A stretch of DNA of 63,632 nt, counting the filler, from Choristocarpus tenellus KU-1152 (taxonomy: Eukaryota > Protista > Phaeophyceae), in the NCBI GenBank assembly GCA_964200185.2. It is 10 parts of 10 records of this genome, joined end to end, with 100 filler letters (N's around TTAATTAATTAA, not from the genome) between each part and the next. Parts side by side here need not be neighbours in the genome. Positions count along the whole stretch, not along the records: positions 25,053 to 30,164 come from CAXNAD020011829.1; positions 30,265 to 44,161 come from CAXNAD020001330.1; 8 more parts are not named here. One strand, 5' to 3'. This document shows positions 25,598 through 39,200 of this stretch, piece after piece. The translations under genes and the position numbers were made by a program. The notes under the pieces were generated by a model. The model saw only the letters and a program-made list of their open reading frames with translations, had not been told where the DNA came from and made no database searches. Position 1 is the first letter of the stretch; each line of letters starts with the position of its first letter.

Positions 25598-26199
25598 CTA
25601 CATATAAAGGGAGTGCAGAGGGGAGGAAAATATGGTTCTTATTGATCCTCAGGTGATGAATTCATCCCTATGTATTATTCTTGGGGTTCTCTCTCATGAG
25701 GGATTATCTTGTAGACCTACTCGAAAGGCCCATTACTAAAGAAAATACAAGCCTTACCCTTGCTACTTGTCTTACTGTTCATAAGTAGATTTCAGATTGG
25801 AAGGGCAAACCTGTTATAATATACTGACCCCCTGCAATTTCTCAGGCAAATATCCTATTAAGTGAAGGGGATGTAGCAGAAGGATTTCCTTCATGCTAAA
25901 TGTGTTAGTGATCTACTGTGCATGTGTGTGTGAGTGTGTGTCCAAAGTAGGGTGATGGTGACAGTGGGTGATAGGTGAGCTGATGAATCCTGGGGGCATG
26001 GATTATAGCAGTGGATGGCAAAATCAAGTCATCCTTGATTGTGAACCCATTGCCAGTTCACACTCCTTCAGATGGTCCTCACACACAGTCATCCTTGTTC
26101 AATTTTGTTGTTGTTTCTCAAGTTGGTCAGATTTTAACAGGTCGGATGGTCAGATTTTAAAAGGATGTACTTATGTCACTTATATACAATAAACGCTCA

Positions 26200-28300
26200 G
26201 GGAATGTATTCGGAAGATTTAAGGGCGTAAAAGATACGCTAAAACCTGATTTTCTGTATATAGCAGGTTTGTACAATTTCTCGGAGGCGTGTGCAGAAAC
26301 AGTTTCGCCTGTATATATGTGTTGATCGTGTAGCGAACTTGGCGCACGTGGGAGGATGCCCATCGACTATGGCATTCAAGTCCATAGTCATCATAAGGTC
26401 CTTGGTGAAGCCGTTTCCATATGCACTACGTTCCTATGCGCTTACATCCTTAATAATGCGCGAGAATTATTGTATCACTTCGCCAACACCCCCCCACCCA
26501 TATTCGATACTCTGTCCTCTTCTGGATACTGCGAAAATAAACCAAGGCCTTATGTCCAACGTGGGATACATTGCTACATCGGGGAGATATTTATCGCCGC
26601 CATCAAACATCACTATGGGGTGCTCCACTTTAGAGATACTCACACAAACGAATAACCTAACCGACGCAAACGAAACCGAAAGTTCAAAGAGAAAGTTCGA
26701 TTCGATTTGGACAGAAGAAAGGAGAGCCAGTGGATCGTGTGGCGAAGGTGAAGATCTTCTCCAAATATTTTGTTGAGATGACTGATATTCACGGGGTTGC
26801 GTCTATCGTTGAGATATAAGTTTGCGATGGAGTCACGTACGATGGGGCAGACGCGTAAGACTGAGTCAATCGCGCGATCGCATCCCTCGTAACGCGCGAC
26901 ACACGAGTTCTTAACTTCAAGCAACACCAACGGAACGAATGACAAAAACAACGACGCGTCCAAGGTGTGTGTTGATATTCGTGGTAACAAACCCTGGGTT
27001 ATGTGAGAGTGTGAAAGGAGGGTCAGGCTATGACAGGGTTGGCTACTGCCTTCAATTCCATTTTTCCGATTCACGACTTTGCCGGCCTAGCTTGAACAGT
27101 CCAAGTCCAGAGCTTGCTTCTCCTCGAAGTTCTGGTGGTAGAGTCACCCATCTTGAAAAATGTTGCCTCAGCACTGGACGTTATGAACGGTTTATTCCTC
27201 GGTTGCTCTCCAAGCTCAGAGCTATTCGCACAATCATCTCCTGACTCTTGATAAAATGTCCTACTGAAAACTGTACCTAGTACTCCTGTGTTTTCGTGTC
27301 TAAGTTTTCTTGGATCGCGATAGAGAAAGATCTCCGTCGATGAGTCACTATTGTCCTTCGGTTGGGTTCAGGGACATGCAAGCAACTCTCAACATGTCGA
27401 TGTCTTCTATTCTCTGTTGGTAATTATGGTCCACATTATTTCGGTATGAGTGAGGAGTCGGAATTGGTCTCACCATCAGTCAAGGCACAACCAAGAATTG
27501 ACCTCATTGCCATCCATTGGTGCACTTGTGATTACCCACATCGAGTCTATACGCGGGGTTGCAGGTCCTCCACACTTGCAGCATATATTTGCCACTTTAG
27601 GGTGATTAGGCGATACAATCGAGTCCAGTCGTCATTTTTGCACCAAGCCGACTCAGCGAGTGAAGATTCGATTTGGGACGTTTCACGATTTGTTCGAAGA
27701 AATGCAACTAACAGTGGTAGGTATCTAGGACCTAAGGTAACGGAAGCGGTCAGAAATTGCTCCTGATCGACCTTCTCCTAATTAGTCTACTTACTGTGCT
27801 GGCTGAAAGATGGGAAATCAGTCGCGGGCTTATGGAGGTTCCATCGCACTCAAGTTAATTCTTAGAATCAGTTTGTTTGTCTCCAATTTTCTTGCACCAT
27901 TTCCGCCACTCCAAGAAGATGGAGAGTGCCCCAGCAACCCTACAATTACTCAACCCAATAACACGATGTTGCACAACTACGATGTAGAATTCGCGACTCA
28001 TCTTCACATATCCTAGCAGTTATCTATTTGGGGGTGATTCGAGGAATAACACTAGTCCAATAATCTGATTTGTTCCAGGTTCTCATGATGAGGATGACTC
28101 ATGGCTCATGGATAGAGCGAACATCGAACTATACATACAGATGTCAGCTCTCTCACTACGGAAGATCAGGCCCACTATCATAACCTAACCTAAACCCCTA
28201 TATTCGTACTGCTCCAGAGTACATAAAATACTCCGTACAAGTTCTTGGTAGTACATCGCATCTCTTATGGAGGTCTACATCAGAGTCATGTCGAATTATG
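26200..28300 (+). pseudogene. Degenerate LTR-retrotransposon pol (RT-RNase H-integrase)
   Basis: Fragmented motifs in order: LCPLLDTAKINQGL, SIVEI*VCDG (eroded YxDD), TLGY, TGRYERFIPRL, PRIDLIAIHW, IERT. Confidence 0.5.
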
Positions 28301-28899
28301 CATATTATTGTAAGTTTTCTTGATCAAAATTGTATACCATCTGTTGGTGTTTTACGACGAGGAGAGTTGGATGAGGAAGAGACTACAATGCAAGACTGCT
28401 GGTTTTAAGAATGAGCGTTCGTAGTAAGTAAGAAAACATATATATGGAGTCTAGACAGGTCGAAGAACCAACATGTTTGATCTGCACACACGGAGCACAC
28501 CACCACGAAGACTCATCTCCTTTTATTTGCTGCTCCTTCATTCTTACTAGGGAGTATTTGAGACACACACCACTTCACGGATTGTTGTTGAATTCTATCG
28601 GACAAGAAGGGAGATTCTTGGTGGGTGTCATGAACCGTGGGAACACCTATACACCTATCGGTTCCCCTGCAGCACAAGTAGCAACAAGCCAGGAGCCCAT
28701 CCGTCACTTATCATCAGCAACCATTCGGTATCATCGACCCTACCATCAAGAGAGCCTAGCTTACATACTCATACATGTATATTTTCACCTCCTCCTTGTT
28801 CGTTAGTGTGTTCTAGTCTGATTATTGTACTCTGCAGGGCTAGTGACACCTGGGCACTTCAAAATTTTCTTGAAACAAAATTGTATTTCGCAATCGTTT

Positions 28900-29600
28900 T
28901 CATTTCCGCCACTGTGAGTAAACCTTGCTCGTGGTTATTGTGTTTATTATCACCTGGAGGACTGGAAATAGTGGTTGGTATTCCAGTCAACAACAAAAAG
29001 TATGGCACAAATAACGCAGACGATCTACACACTCGCAATAGAGTATTCAGTCAGTATGCTCCGGAGTACACAGTTCCAAAGCTACACACACCATTATCCA
29101 TTTTGTCCATCCTTATTTATTCAATCAACAGCTCAAGGTCTAGGTAGAGCTTTCTTCATGCATGCACCAACTAGACAATTTCCATACCTTCTGCTTCTAA
29201 GTACGACATTGCACTCCTGAGTACAAAGGATGCGTTGGGTGGCACTGGCAGGTGTATTGGGGCTAAAGGATAAGATTGGCCCACCTGCCAAGAACAGGCA
29301 AGCCCCAGCACGAACAAACGCAACAAATGGCTGTCTGCCTCATTGTATCTATAGTCTGTAGGTGCCATCTTTGTATAGGTATTTCTTGTTGGGTTAGGGT
29401 TCAAATCTCTAAAATCAACATGACCAGCATTTGAACTCTTTGATACAGTCAGTATGTCTCTACAATATACAATGATGACATATTGACCACTAGTAGAAGT
29501 AGTGCCCCAGAGGAAAGCATAGTTGTCATTCATATTACATACTGCTCACGAGGAAACTAATCCATGCAGCAAAAAACTTGCAATTCACAGTACACACTTT
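28900..29600 (-). pseudogene. Possible eroded RT fragment
   Basis: IIVYCRDILTVS (cf. YxDDIL) followed by LRLFVLGL. Confidence 0.3.
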
Positions 29601-30164
29601 ATGTCTATGAACAATTGCTCATATATGGCCAGATGGTATTTTTAGACTATTTGTTTGTAACTCTGCACCGCTTAGGTGGATGGAACAAGATCTAGAATCA
29701 GGTTCATTTTCTTAAACCTAGTTCTCATTGGCAAAACTCTACGTATCAGAGCACTATATGCTGCACCTACCAAAACTGTGTGCCTCATTGCAGTAATACA
29801 GAGAGAGAAATACCTCCCTTACAAAAATGTTCAAACAAGACCACTTTTATATGAGGGAGACAGAGGGCACACATACACACAAACACACATATGGTTCAAA
29901 GGCTGACATGCACACTACAACAGTGCACACACTTCTAAAACCCCAAGCAGATGCTTATGCTTCAACTCCTCCAGCAGAGCCCAGAAAAGACAAAAATGAC
30001 ACCACTCTAAAAGAGAACCACCTCCAAATCTGTGGCGACTGACCTTCTCAATCAGTCCTCAACCAATCCCCCCTCGACCCATCTCTGCTTACGCCATGAC
30101 AGACTGTCTCGTGCTCTTCTCAACCAGCAATCCAGAACCAGTTCCTCCCCCCCCACCTCCTCCC

Positions 30165-30264
30165 NNNNNNNNNNNNNNNNNNNNNNNNNNNNNNNNNNNN
30201 NNNNNNNNTTAATTAATTAANNNNNNNNNNNNNNNNNNNNNNNNNNNNNNNNNNNNNNNNNNNN
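30165..30264. other. Artificial contig linker
   Basis: Same 100-bp block. Confidence 0.98.
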
Positions 30265-30285
30265 GTGGTGGTGAGCGGTGTAAGT

Positions 30286-30460
30286 GACTCAAAGTTAGGG
30301 GGGGGGGGGGGTTTACACCAGGGTGTCCATTTGGACCAAAATCAAGAAAGTGCATTTACATTATCCATTCGACGTCTGCAACCAAATAACCCAAAAATCG
30401 AGACATGAAAAAATTGACCCCAAATGGACAGCCGCCACCCACCCCCAGATGCTTTGAACC
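30286..30460 (+). mobile_element. MITE family B (~175 bp, poly-G/poly-C subterminal), TSD AGT
   Basis: GACTCAAAGTTAGGGG...CCCCAGATGCTTTGAACC; AGT on both flanks. Confidence 0.85.
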
Positions 30461-30499
30461 AGTGGCCTTAGTAGCATTGGCTTGTATTATTTACAGTTA

Positions 30500-31300
30500 T
30501 TTAGGTGGGAGGATATCTCATGTAGGACTAGTCAGATAGATATATAAGCTACTGTCTTACTGGGTGAAAGATCGTATTGCACGTCCATCATTGATATCCT
30601 GTCTCGCAAGCTGTCTGTGAGGTATCAGCTGAACCTTGTTGGCTAGACATAGATTGCTTAACAACCTTACTTGTGTTGGGGGAGGCAGATATGGAGTGAC
30701 TACAGACAGATACAGGTTGGAATTTTTAGTTTTACCTCGTAATAGCGCATCTGCCATCATATATATACACTGTATACCATACATCGTTCTGCATTCTGAA
30801 CTTAGTGGAACAATATATATTGTTTGTTGCCATTTGCGGTGGTTCTTAATCTCTCTCCTCTGTTGGTTGTTGCCTCTAGGAAAATTTAATACAACAATTG
30901 TAGGTACCAATAACAATACTACGCAATACAGATTCTATAGACGTAGTAAACCAGCCACCGAGAATAAGAAACAGTGCCCATACTGTTATCTTCTCATATT
31001 TGATTAGCACAACTACGTACTGGCCAAATGTTCATGCCAGTAGCTAAATACGCCTCAAAGTACAGAATGTTTGACGTTCCCATGACACACTATTACTTGG
31101 GAGAACGTTTGTCGACTTACTTTGGAGCTAGTTTTACGCACACAACAATCTATCTTGAGATCAATGTACCCCTCCTATCACATCATCGTTGTGATTAAGT
31201 AGAATTTCATGTACTTGATTAAGAGTTCAAACCCTCCGCTATAAGCTCTCTATATTTTTGTCTTGGTAGTCGCGAATGTATGGGAGATACCCTGTGAGAC
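30500..31300 (-). pseudogene. Possible eroded Gypsy RNase H fragment
   Basis: MMADALLR resembles the N.ADALSR RNase H end motif. Confidence 0.3.
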
Positions 31301-31602
31301 TCTTAATCTGCTCGTATTTTTATGTGACCTTTCACCCCTGAAGGCTAATCTGTGATAGCGTGCTAGGCTTGCGCAAAGTCTCCTCGCAAAAAATGTGGCC
31401 CACCCCCTCCAGTGATGCTCGGACTCCACAAAGTACCCTCACATCCTTTCCGGCCCCTTTGGCAGACTCTTCTGGCCCCTTACAGTCACTGCAACCAGCA
31501 TGCAATATTGTATCTGTTTACAGAATTGTTCTTGTGTTCTTTTTGACTCAACATGGCATAAGAGGCAGGTATGAGCGTGTTACGCAAAAGCCATACTCTT
31601 CA

Positions 31603-31863
31603 GAGTGAAAGTATCTTAGAGGGTACAAGTTTTGCCCTGTTTGCCCATTTGGGACTTGGCTTCCCTCGGGTTTTTTTTATGACATTTTCCTACTCCAAAA
31701 TATTTCGGAGAAGGTAAAATGTGTATGTCATGAAAAGGTGTGTCTGGAACAAGGATATTGACACTTCCTAACAAACATGATAGCAAAAATTACGTCAAAA
31801 ATCGCAACATTGGATTTTGGCCCCCAAATGGACGCGGCTCTACCCTCTAAGATACTTTGGCTC
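31603..31863 (+). mobile_element. MITE family A, full copy, TSD TTCA
   Basis: Both ~23-bp TIRs intact; TTCA on both flanks. Confidence 0.93.
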
Positions 31864-32826
31864 TTCAGTACTCTGACAAGGTAAGATTCACTTTAACCAA
31901 GGGATGAGTTATGTTTACATAAATGTTCCGTACAGGATTCATTCAACCGGCCAACAGGTTAACACTTTCATAGGAGCTCTCGCATGTACACTATATTTAT
32001 GTTGAAAGGTAATTCATCACACATGAACTTCTCCATACCTGCCTTGAATGGTTACACCTAATTTCTAAGCATGAACCTACTGAGCTCATTCAGAGGTGTG
32101 TGCAAGACCGTGTGGCTTAGAATAGATATTGACCTCTACTTATACCATGTGTAGCGAAGGACTAAATTAAGAAATGTGAAGTTCATGCAGGATCAAATGA
32201 TATATATATCTCGGACATAAGTATTCATCCATCAAACGTGTATTGGAGCACTCCTATTCCAGCATTCATAGCACTAGTTCACCGGAGGAGAAAGTTGGCA
32301 TATATCAGGTGTTAAACCTAGTGTTGGGCAGATATTCAAATTCTCCGTGTGGATCTTCCTTAGCTGGGGTTGGATACTGTCCTGACTATGCAGTAAGTAG
32401 TGTGTTGATTATGTCAAGCTCCCATACACAATATTCCAATTCCATTCCTCCCCAAAGAGAGGTAGATAGACAAACAAACAGGAGAGATATAGGGAGAGAG
32501 GCTTTCGATCCATTATCTCTTCCGCCATAAGAGCTGGCAAATGAACCATGTGGAGCTCCTTAGAACTCACTTTAGAAGTGCCAACAGCATGTCACCCTTA
32601 TTGTGCATATTAAACTATAGCAGTAGGTGGATTTTTTTTGTAGTGCGAACAACTCCACCATCCCTGTTGAAGTTGCAGTGGAGAGCATGATTGGGGAGTG
32701 AGGGTTGCATGTGAAATTCTTGTCTCTGTCATAGTATTTCCTCATTATACTACTGTACTTAACTAGTAAGCTTGTACCCTCTAAATCTTTCTATGAATTA
32801 ATACTATACTTTCAATAGTTACCTAG

Positions 32827-33182
32827 GGCTCATAGTATCCAGGGGGGGGTGGCGGCTGTCCATTTGGGGCCAATTTTTTCCTGTCGCGATTGTTGTGTGA
32901 TTTGGTTGCATACATTGGATGGATAAGACCCAACGTATCTGGGGGAGGAGGGGTCTACACCAGGGTGTCCATTTCGATCAAAATCAGGAAAAGTGGATTT
33001 ACATTATCCATCCGACGTATGCATCCAAATCACCAAAAAATCGCGACATGAAAAAATTGACCTCAAATGGACAGCCACCACCCCCTCAGAGATACTTTCA
33101 GTCTAATGTAAGTGCACTTTTCCTGGTTTTGGCCAAATGGAGACCCTGGTGTAGAACCCCCCCCCTTCAGATACTTTGAGTC
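32827..33182 (-). mobile_element. MITE family B outer copy (TSD CTAG), split by a nested family-B copy
   Basis: GGCTCATAGTATCC...CAGATACTTTGAGTC; CTAG on both flanks. Confidence 0.88.
32927..33103 (+). mobile_element. MITE family B nested copy, TSD TAA
   Basis: GACCCAACGTATCTGGGG...GAGATACTTTCAGTC flanked by TAA; removing it restores the outer copy. Confidence 0.88.
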
Positions 33183-33246
33183 CTAGGACATACCATATGA
33201 TCACTACAGTAGCAGCACCTTGTGGCTGAAGTCCTTAACCTTCCCC

Positions 33247-36200
33247 CTAATACACACATTCAACAGAAGTACTAGTGGTTGAAGTCCCGGTTGACATATA
33301 CGGAGTAGATGTAATTGTCGAAGGCCGTTTTGTTGGCACCACACGACACAAACAGTATAGAACTTCTCCCCTCACAGGGATGAGGTAATGTGACCTTGAA
33401 TTGATCCTTGATATGCTTTTTTATATGCTGTACATGTATTAATGGTCTCTTAGTATAAAGCTTTGAATATCTCATGCAAAGTTGCCTCTGAGTTTTGTGC
33501 TGGTTGTGAGAGAGGTCTCGCTTTACCACCACGATAAACGAAATATGTCCAGAAATGTTACAGGGCTTTGTTGCTCACCTTTGTGCTTGCTGCGAATTAT
33601 CCAGCACTTTGTGTTGTCCATCTAATTGAACTCCTCCACTGGAATCATGCCATAGTTCTGCCGTCTGAAGTTTTCCTCTGCTTCGATCACTCCACCCATC
33701 TGGTGGTCGCAATTTCGCCATGGCACACTCTCCTGGATAACATTCCTCTCCACTACCCCCCCCCCCGCATTGATGCAAAATAGTTCTCGTACAGTTTGTC
33801 CTTCTAGTCACTCCTTCTGAACAGTCACTAACCCAGTCCCTTTTGGAAAGACTACTTCCTTGATTTCCACAACCTTCACTAATGCAGCTGCAAATTGTGT
33901 CAGTATTGCCGTCATCACACGCAGGCATTGGAATGTTCAGGCTGGTGACCTCACCCACATTGTCCCTCCTGCTCCGTGTCATGGGGTTCAGTGTTGGCAT
34001 GGATGCCCCATTACGACTTCCATCCCACCCTGTCCCAAGAACAGATGAATCCTCCTTAAGACAGCATGGTGGAGGGCTTGTTCGTAACTGGGTCATACCA
34101 GGTGGTGCATTCAAGGGAACTGAGGTTGAGTCTTGCACATCCGCATGGCTGTAGGTGCCTAAATCCGTGTGTACTGGAGTCACACAGTCAGGCATTGCCC
34201 ACCTGGAAAGGTATGCATCTCCTTGTCGAAGTAACCCTTGCTCCTTGTCCACATCCCAGTTGCCTGGTTGCCGAATGTTCCTTTTTCTCCTCACCCTCAC
34301 CTTCACTCCTCCCCCCTCCTCACCGGCAAGAATTTTAATCCTCTCTTGACCTTCTATCTTCCCCGTTGTACCCAATAACACACAGGTTCCTTTGCCTACT
34401 CTGCTTCTGTTCCCAGCTACGGCTGGCCTTCGGTTCCTCCTTTCCTCTCGTTTTCCTCCTCTTTGAACATTGGAAGCACCACATGTACCGGACTTGTCAT
34501 CACCATGTTCCATAGTTCCCCCCTGGAGAAGTTCGTCAAGTCTAGCTATTGAGGCTACCAACTTCTCCTCTTCAGGGAACGACTTATCATTTTCCGGTTC
34601 TGGGTGGTGCTGTGGAACTCCTCCATCATTCCCAATTCTACCTATGGTTCCTCTAATTCCGTCACTTTCCCCCTCACATTTCCTATATCCATCACGGTGT
34701 TCCCTCGGCACTCTATTGCCCACATACTCTCCTTTACCTCTATCCCCATGCTGACCCTTCCCTGTACCCCAATGTCCTTCAACGGCTAGCTTTCCCCCCA
34801 CAAATCTGCACTGTGACGGCTTTCTTACCTTTTTCTGTTTTCCCTCTTCTCTCTTCACATCAATGCCAGTTTCAGAGTCAACCTTGAACGTACCCTGCAA
34901 TACAGACTCAGTGTCACGTGGAGGAGATGCCGTTTTACTGTCACATGAGTTGAGCATTAAGAACGTTCGTGGCCTTTCACAGGGCAGTGGAGGGATGGGA
35001 GGAAGACTTGTTGTCCGTCCTCTCCCGTGGCTTGCCTTGGCCCCTATCCCCCATCCTCCTCCTTTTGATGGATTTGAATCAGCATCTAATCCTGCTCTGG
35101 TATTTGACCCGCACTCATCAGTCCACTCTATTGGCTCTGCCCTGTCTACTGCAGCATTTTTTCCCGTTGCTTCAGGTATGCCTCCTCCTCTACTCTTGTT
35201 TGTGCCATCATGGAGGATATCGACACCAGTACATGAGCTACTGGCCTGGGGGGCTTGATTGTCCAGACTTGGGCTGTATTGAGCACAGAGCTTTGCTGAG
35301 CATATATTCCCTGCTAATTTTCTCTTTACCTCTAGATATTTGGCCTCCTTCTGTTTGTTTTTTTCAGTAATGGGGCGTTTTAGTTGAGATTGGGTGGAGA
35401 TAAAGTAGGAAACTTGCTTCAGCATGAGATTCAGGGGGGGGGGACTAAGATGGAGAAATAACAATGGTGAACCCGCATGCTTGTGATATCGGAGGAGAAG
35501 ATGAAGAAGGTGACAACTAGAATGGAAGGTATGCATTACATCAGAGTAGTAGGCAATGCCACGCGCATGCAGGTGAGTATAGGAGGTGTGGCAGTGAAAG
35601 AAAGCTTGCTTCAGAGAGCCGTGCATGCAGGTAAAAGGAATGTGATCCACAGTGATTTTAAATGTAGCAATCAGAAAGAGTCTACTTCTTTGTCAGATGA
35701 AGGCCCTTTCTTGTGTAAACGCATTCAATACGCAATTAGAATAGCACTGGAGCATCTTTGAGCACATTTCATGACAGCATGGTAGTAATGTAGTGGGCAA
35801 GGGCAGTTGATTGATTTGGCAGGATAAGGGACAGGAAATTGAAAGGAATCAGACTCTTGTCATCACTGACAGTATATCCAATCTACTTTGAAGTATTTAG
35901 AAAAAAATTACGCCATCAGCAGGTTACTGACATTTTTTTTTTCTATAGTCTTGAAATCTCCCCGCTATATCTGCGTTTTTGAGATCTTTTACAACCTCCG
36001 TCAAGCTTACGTATATTGCGCTTGCAATACCATACGCTGCAACAGTCTCTCTTACAAGCCCTCCCCCTAAAAATCAAGATTACTGCCCGGAGTAAATAGT
36101 AGAATGAAAAGGAGAAAGTACGTTGTGATGAAGCATCCTACTTATCTATTGAGAAAACTTGGGCATATAGTTGATTCCGTTGGTTTGCGTAGGGCATTTT

Positions 36201-39200
36201 GTACTTTGTTTTCTATTCTGTATTTTGAAGATCAAAGTGACTCAAGGCATGTATTATTATCAATAGTATTTAGTACAATTTAGTACAATTTACACAGTTC
36301 CTTGGAGTGGAAGAGATCAAATATCAAAACACAGTCTTCCCTAGGCTGGACCGGTGAACACAGAGTTGTATTATATGCACCTCAACGAAGGCTTCATGGA
36401 AGGTATCCCCTAAAGAATAATTGTATCTTTCTGAATTAGAGAGTCGAGCACCTCACAAAGAATCAGAATCTAGCGGGGTCCTCTTGATGTGAGGGGGAAA
36501 ATTAAAAAAGTTGAGGAAGGGTCCATGCGCGCATTTGCTTCCTTCTGTTTTCCATTTGTCCACCGTCGAGTACATCCTGAACTACCAACCAAAATCGTAC
36601 TACATGGGCAAGATGTGGGGTGTCTAAGGTTGTATTGAGAACAGCTCTCAAAACCCCTCAAGTAGGAATTAGGAAATGCATAATCGGACTATTAGAACTA
36701 AAGAAGTACCTCCCTCCCAACTGCGCCAATTAACTGACTAGACCTAACGTTTATTCGGTGTGACCCTGCATTGTCCAATTCATGCTATGTTCAGCGATGG
36801 AGCTAGCTGTGCACAATCAAATGCATCTGTCCTCCTTTATTTCCAATGGCTCTGGATAGCTACAGACAGAACAACCAACCAAATTGTACTGAGCAAGCAA
36901 GGCTGCACCTTCCTTACCTAGCATAGAGGGCTGGAGTTTGACCGCGGTTGAAAGGCTTCCAGAAAGCAGTATTCGTGTTATGAGGTCCTTCATACCTTCC
37001 TAACCCTTCGTTCCCGGTCAAATCTTCTCTATTCCCTTGAAACATCGTTCCTTACACTGAAGTACCTTGTAGGACATCAATTTTCCTACACACCCCCGAA
37101 AATTAATTTGACTGAGGTCATCCATGAAGTTTTGTTGTGGTGCATAACACACATAAATACCACATAGCAGTTTAGCTTAAAGAAATGACTACCATTCATC
37201 GGTGATTTTCTGGTAAAGTGGCGGCAAATCTTTCCTTACAAAATCTCTCTGCTTTTCATTATTTTAGCAGTTTCCTACCTCCCCTTGGAGGGAAAAGGAT
37301 TTTTCTTGGTTGCTATCGAGAGGTATTTGTTTCGCTCACACCCTCATCTTTGCTCTACTGTGCAGGATGTCACGTTCAAGTACAAAGACTGTCCATTTTC
37401 AGAGACAAAATATTGATTATGCAGAAGTTATTTATCTTCTGTTTCATACATTACTAAAAAAAAATGTAGGGTCCTGATTGCTTCTCGCTATTTTGCTTCC
37501 AAAACAAAACAAGTTAGAAGATTAATGAATAGCCCCTTCTATGTTTCCACCTGGGAGAGGAGGGAAAGGAGACAGGTCATTCATGATCTGGGTCCTCACA
37601 TACACATACCTTGGCTTTCATCTGAACCTCTTTCGCGTACTGAGCTCGCCTAATCCTGAGGCTATGCTTCCGACGATCTTCCTCTGTTTCCCTACCCTTC
37701 CCCCAGCGTGCCCGGTCCTGTATTGGTGTGAGTGGTCTCGAAGCTCCCTCTGCCTGACCCGAGCCTCCCATTGTCCAACCTCTCTGAGCCAAGTACAAGG
37801 CCTTTTGCCAGGCAACAGCCCTAGCACGCCTCCCCATTGCATTGAGGTAGCCTCCACCCCTTCCACGAGAGTCACCCTCAGTTGAGAATGTACCATACTG
37901 TGGTGAATATCCCTCTTTTTTTGCCTCACTAAGCCTTTGCCGAACACGCCGAGATCTTTGCCGGTTCTCCAAATCTAATTTTGACCCCGAGCCTGACCCC
38001 GAGCTACACCTCGGACCTGACGTTGACCCTGAACTGTGTTCTTTAGGCCTGTGTGGGTGGTTGCTAAGCTTCCCCGCTCCTCCCTTTGTACCTGGGCAAC
38101 TGCTGCTCCTTATCGCTGGTCTGCAGCTGTAAGCCTTTGAAGACATGGAGGGTGATAAACCTTGCCTGTGATGGCAGGCTGGCATTACAAGGCGACTGGC
38201 TGTCACCGTACCTGTGACTGCCAGCACTGTTGTGTCCCTTCTCTGGGTTATTCGAACTAGGTCCGTTGCATGGGTGCAGCAGGAACTTGAACACTCATAC
38301 AGCGTTGCAGTTTCAGTTGCAGGAGTCAGAAGGTGGGGCGGATGTTGCACACTACAAGCCATTGACATACCTACCCTCGTGTCCTCCTCATCCAGGCCAT
38401 CCTTGAGCGGAGGAGGGACCTCAGAGATACATTCTACAGCTCCACGTTTTACAGCACCCTTGTTTTCATTCCCTCCTCTCACCTTCCCCCCACCACCATT
38501 ACAATTACCATTATCTGCAGTATTGCTCTGTACAGCATGAACTTTACCACCATCACCTCTTTGCCCGTGCCCACAGCAATCTGTGCCCAATTCTTCAGCT
38601 GATGCACTTTCTGATGCCATTTGCAGGCTTGGTTTTTTCTCCTTCTGTAATGACTCTGACCTCGCTCCTCCCAGACTTGGCTCTAACAAATGCTTAGTCG
38701 ATACTGTCTTCATACCTGGTGCCTCATCTTCCAATTTGCTGCCACAGTCATTCCCACTACTATCACGACACCTTCCACCACCACGGTTGCTGCATAATTG
38801 TCTTTTCAGCTTAGGCACCAGCCCAACAATAACTCTGTTAACATCCCCACCCCTCGTCCTCCTAGGGCCTGCAGCAGTGAACTTCAAAGAGTTGTCCAAG
38901 CTAAGATCGTCATGTGACTCCATATGTGTACCACCAAGAAATTCTTCTCCGACTATGCTCCCTTTTGTTCCCAATGCTAAATCCTTTCCAGCCCCTGTCC
39001 CTGCCCTTGCCGAACCTTCATTCTTCATTAATTTCCTTCCCCCCAAAGTTGTGAGGTGCAGCCCCTGTTCATTGTAAGAGATATTCTGAGACTCCCTGGA
39101 ATGGTTGCAGTTAAGGAGGTGGTCAGTGTGCACACAAAGGAGAGTAAGGGTAGGTATCCTGGTCATAGCGCAGAATGAATCGGGGTGTTACAAACATCCC

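Noticed and set aside
35420-35650. N-terminus of the 691-aa ORF as a true start
   Set aside because: H/L/F-rich translation of pyrimidine-rich, intron-like sequence; coding-like composition starts only near 35400.
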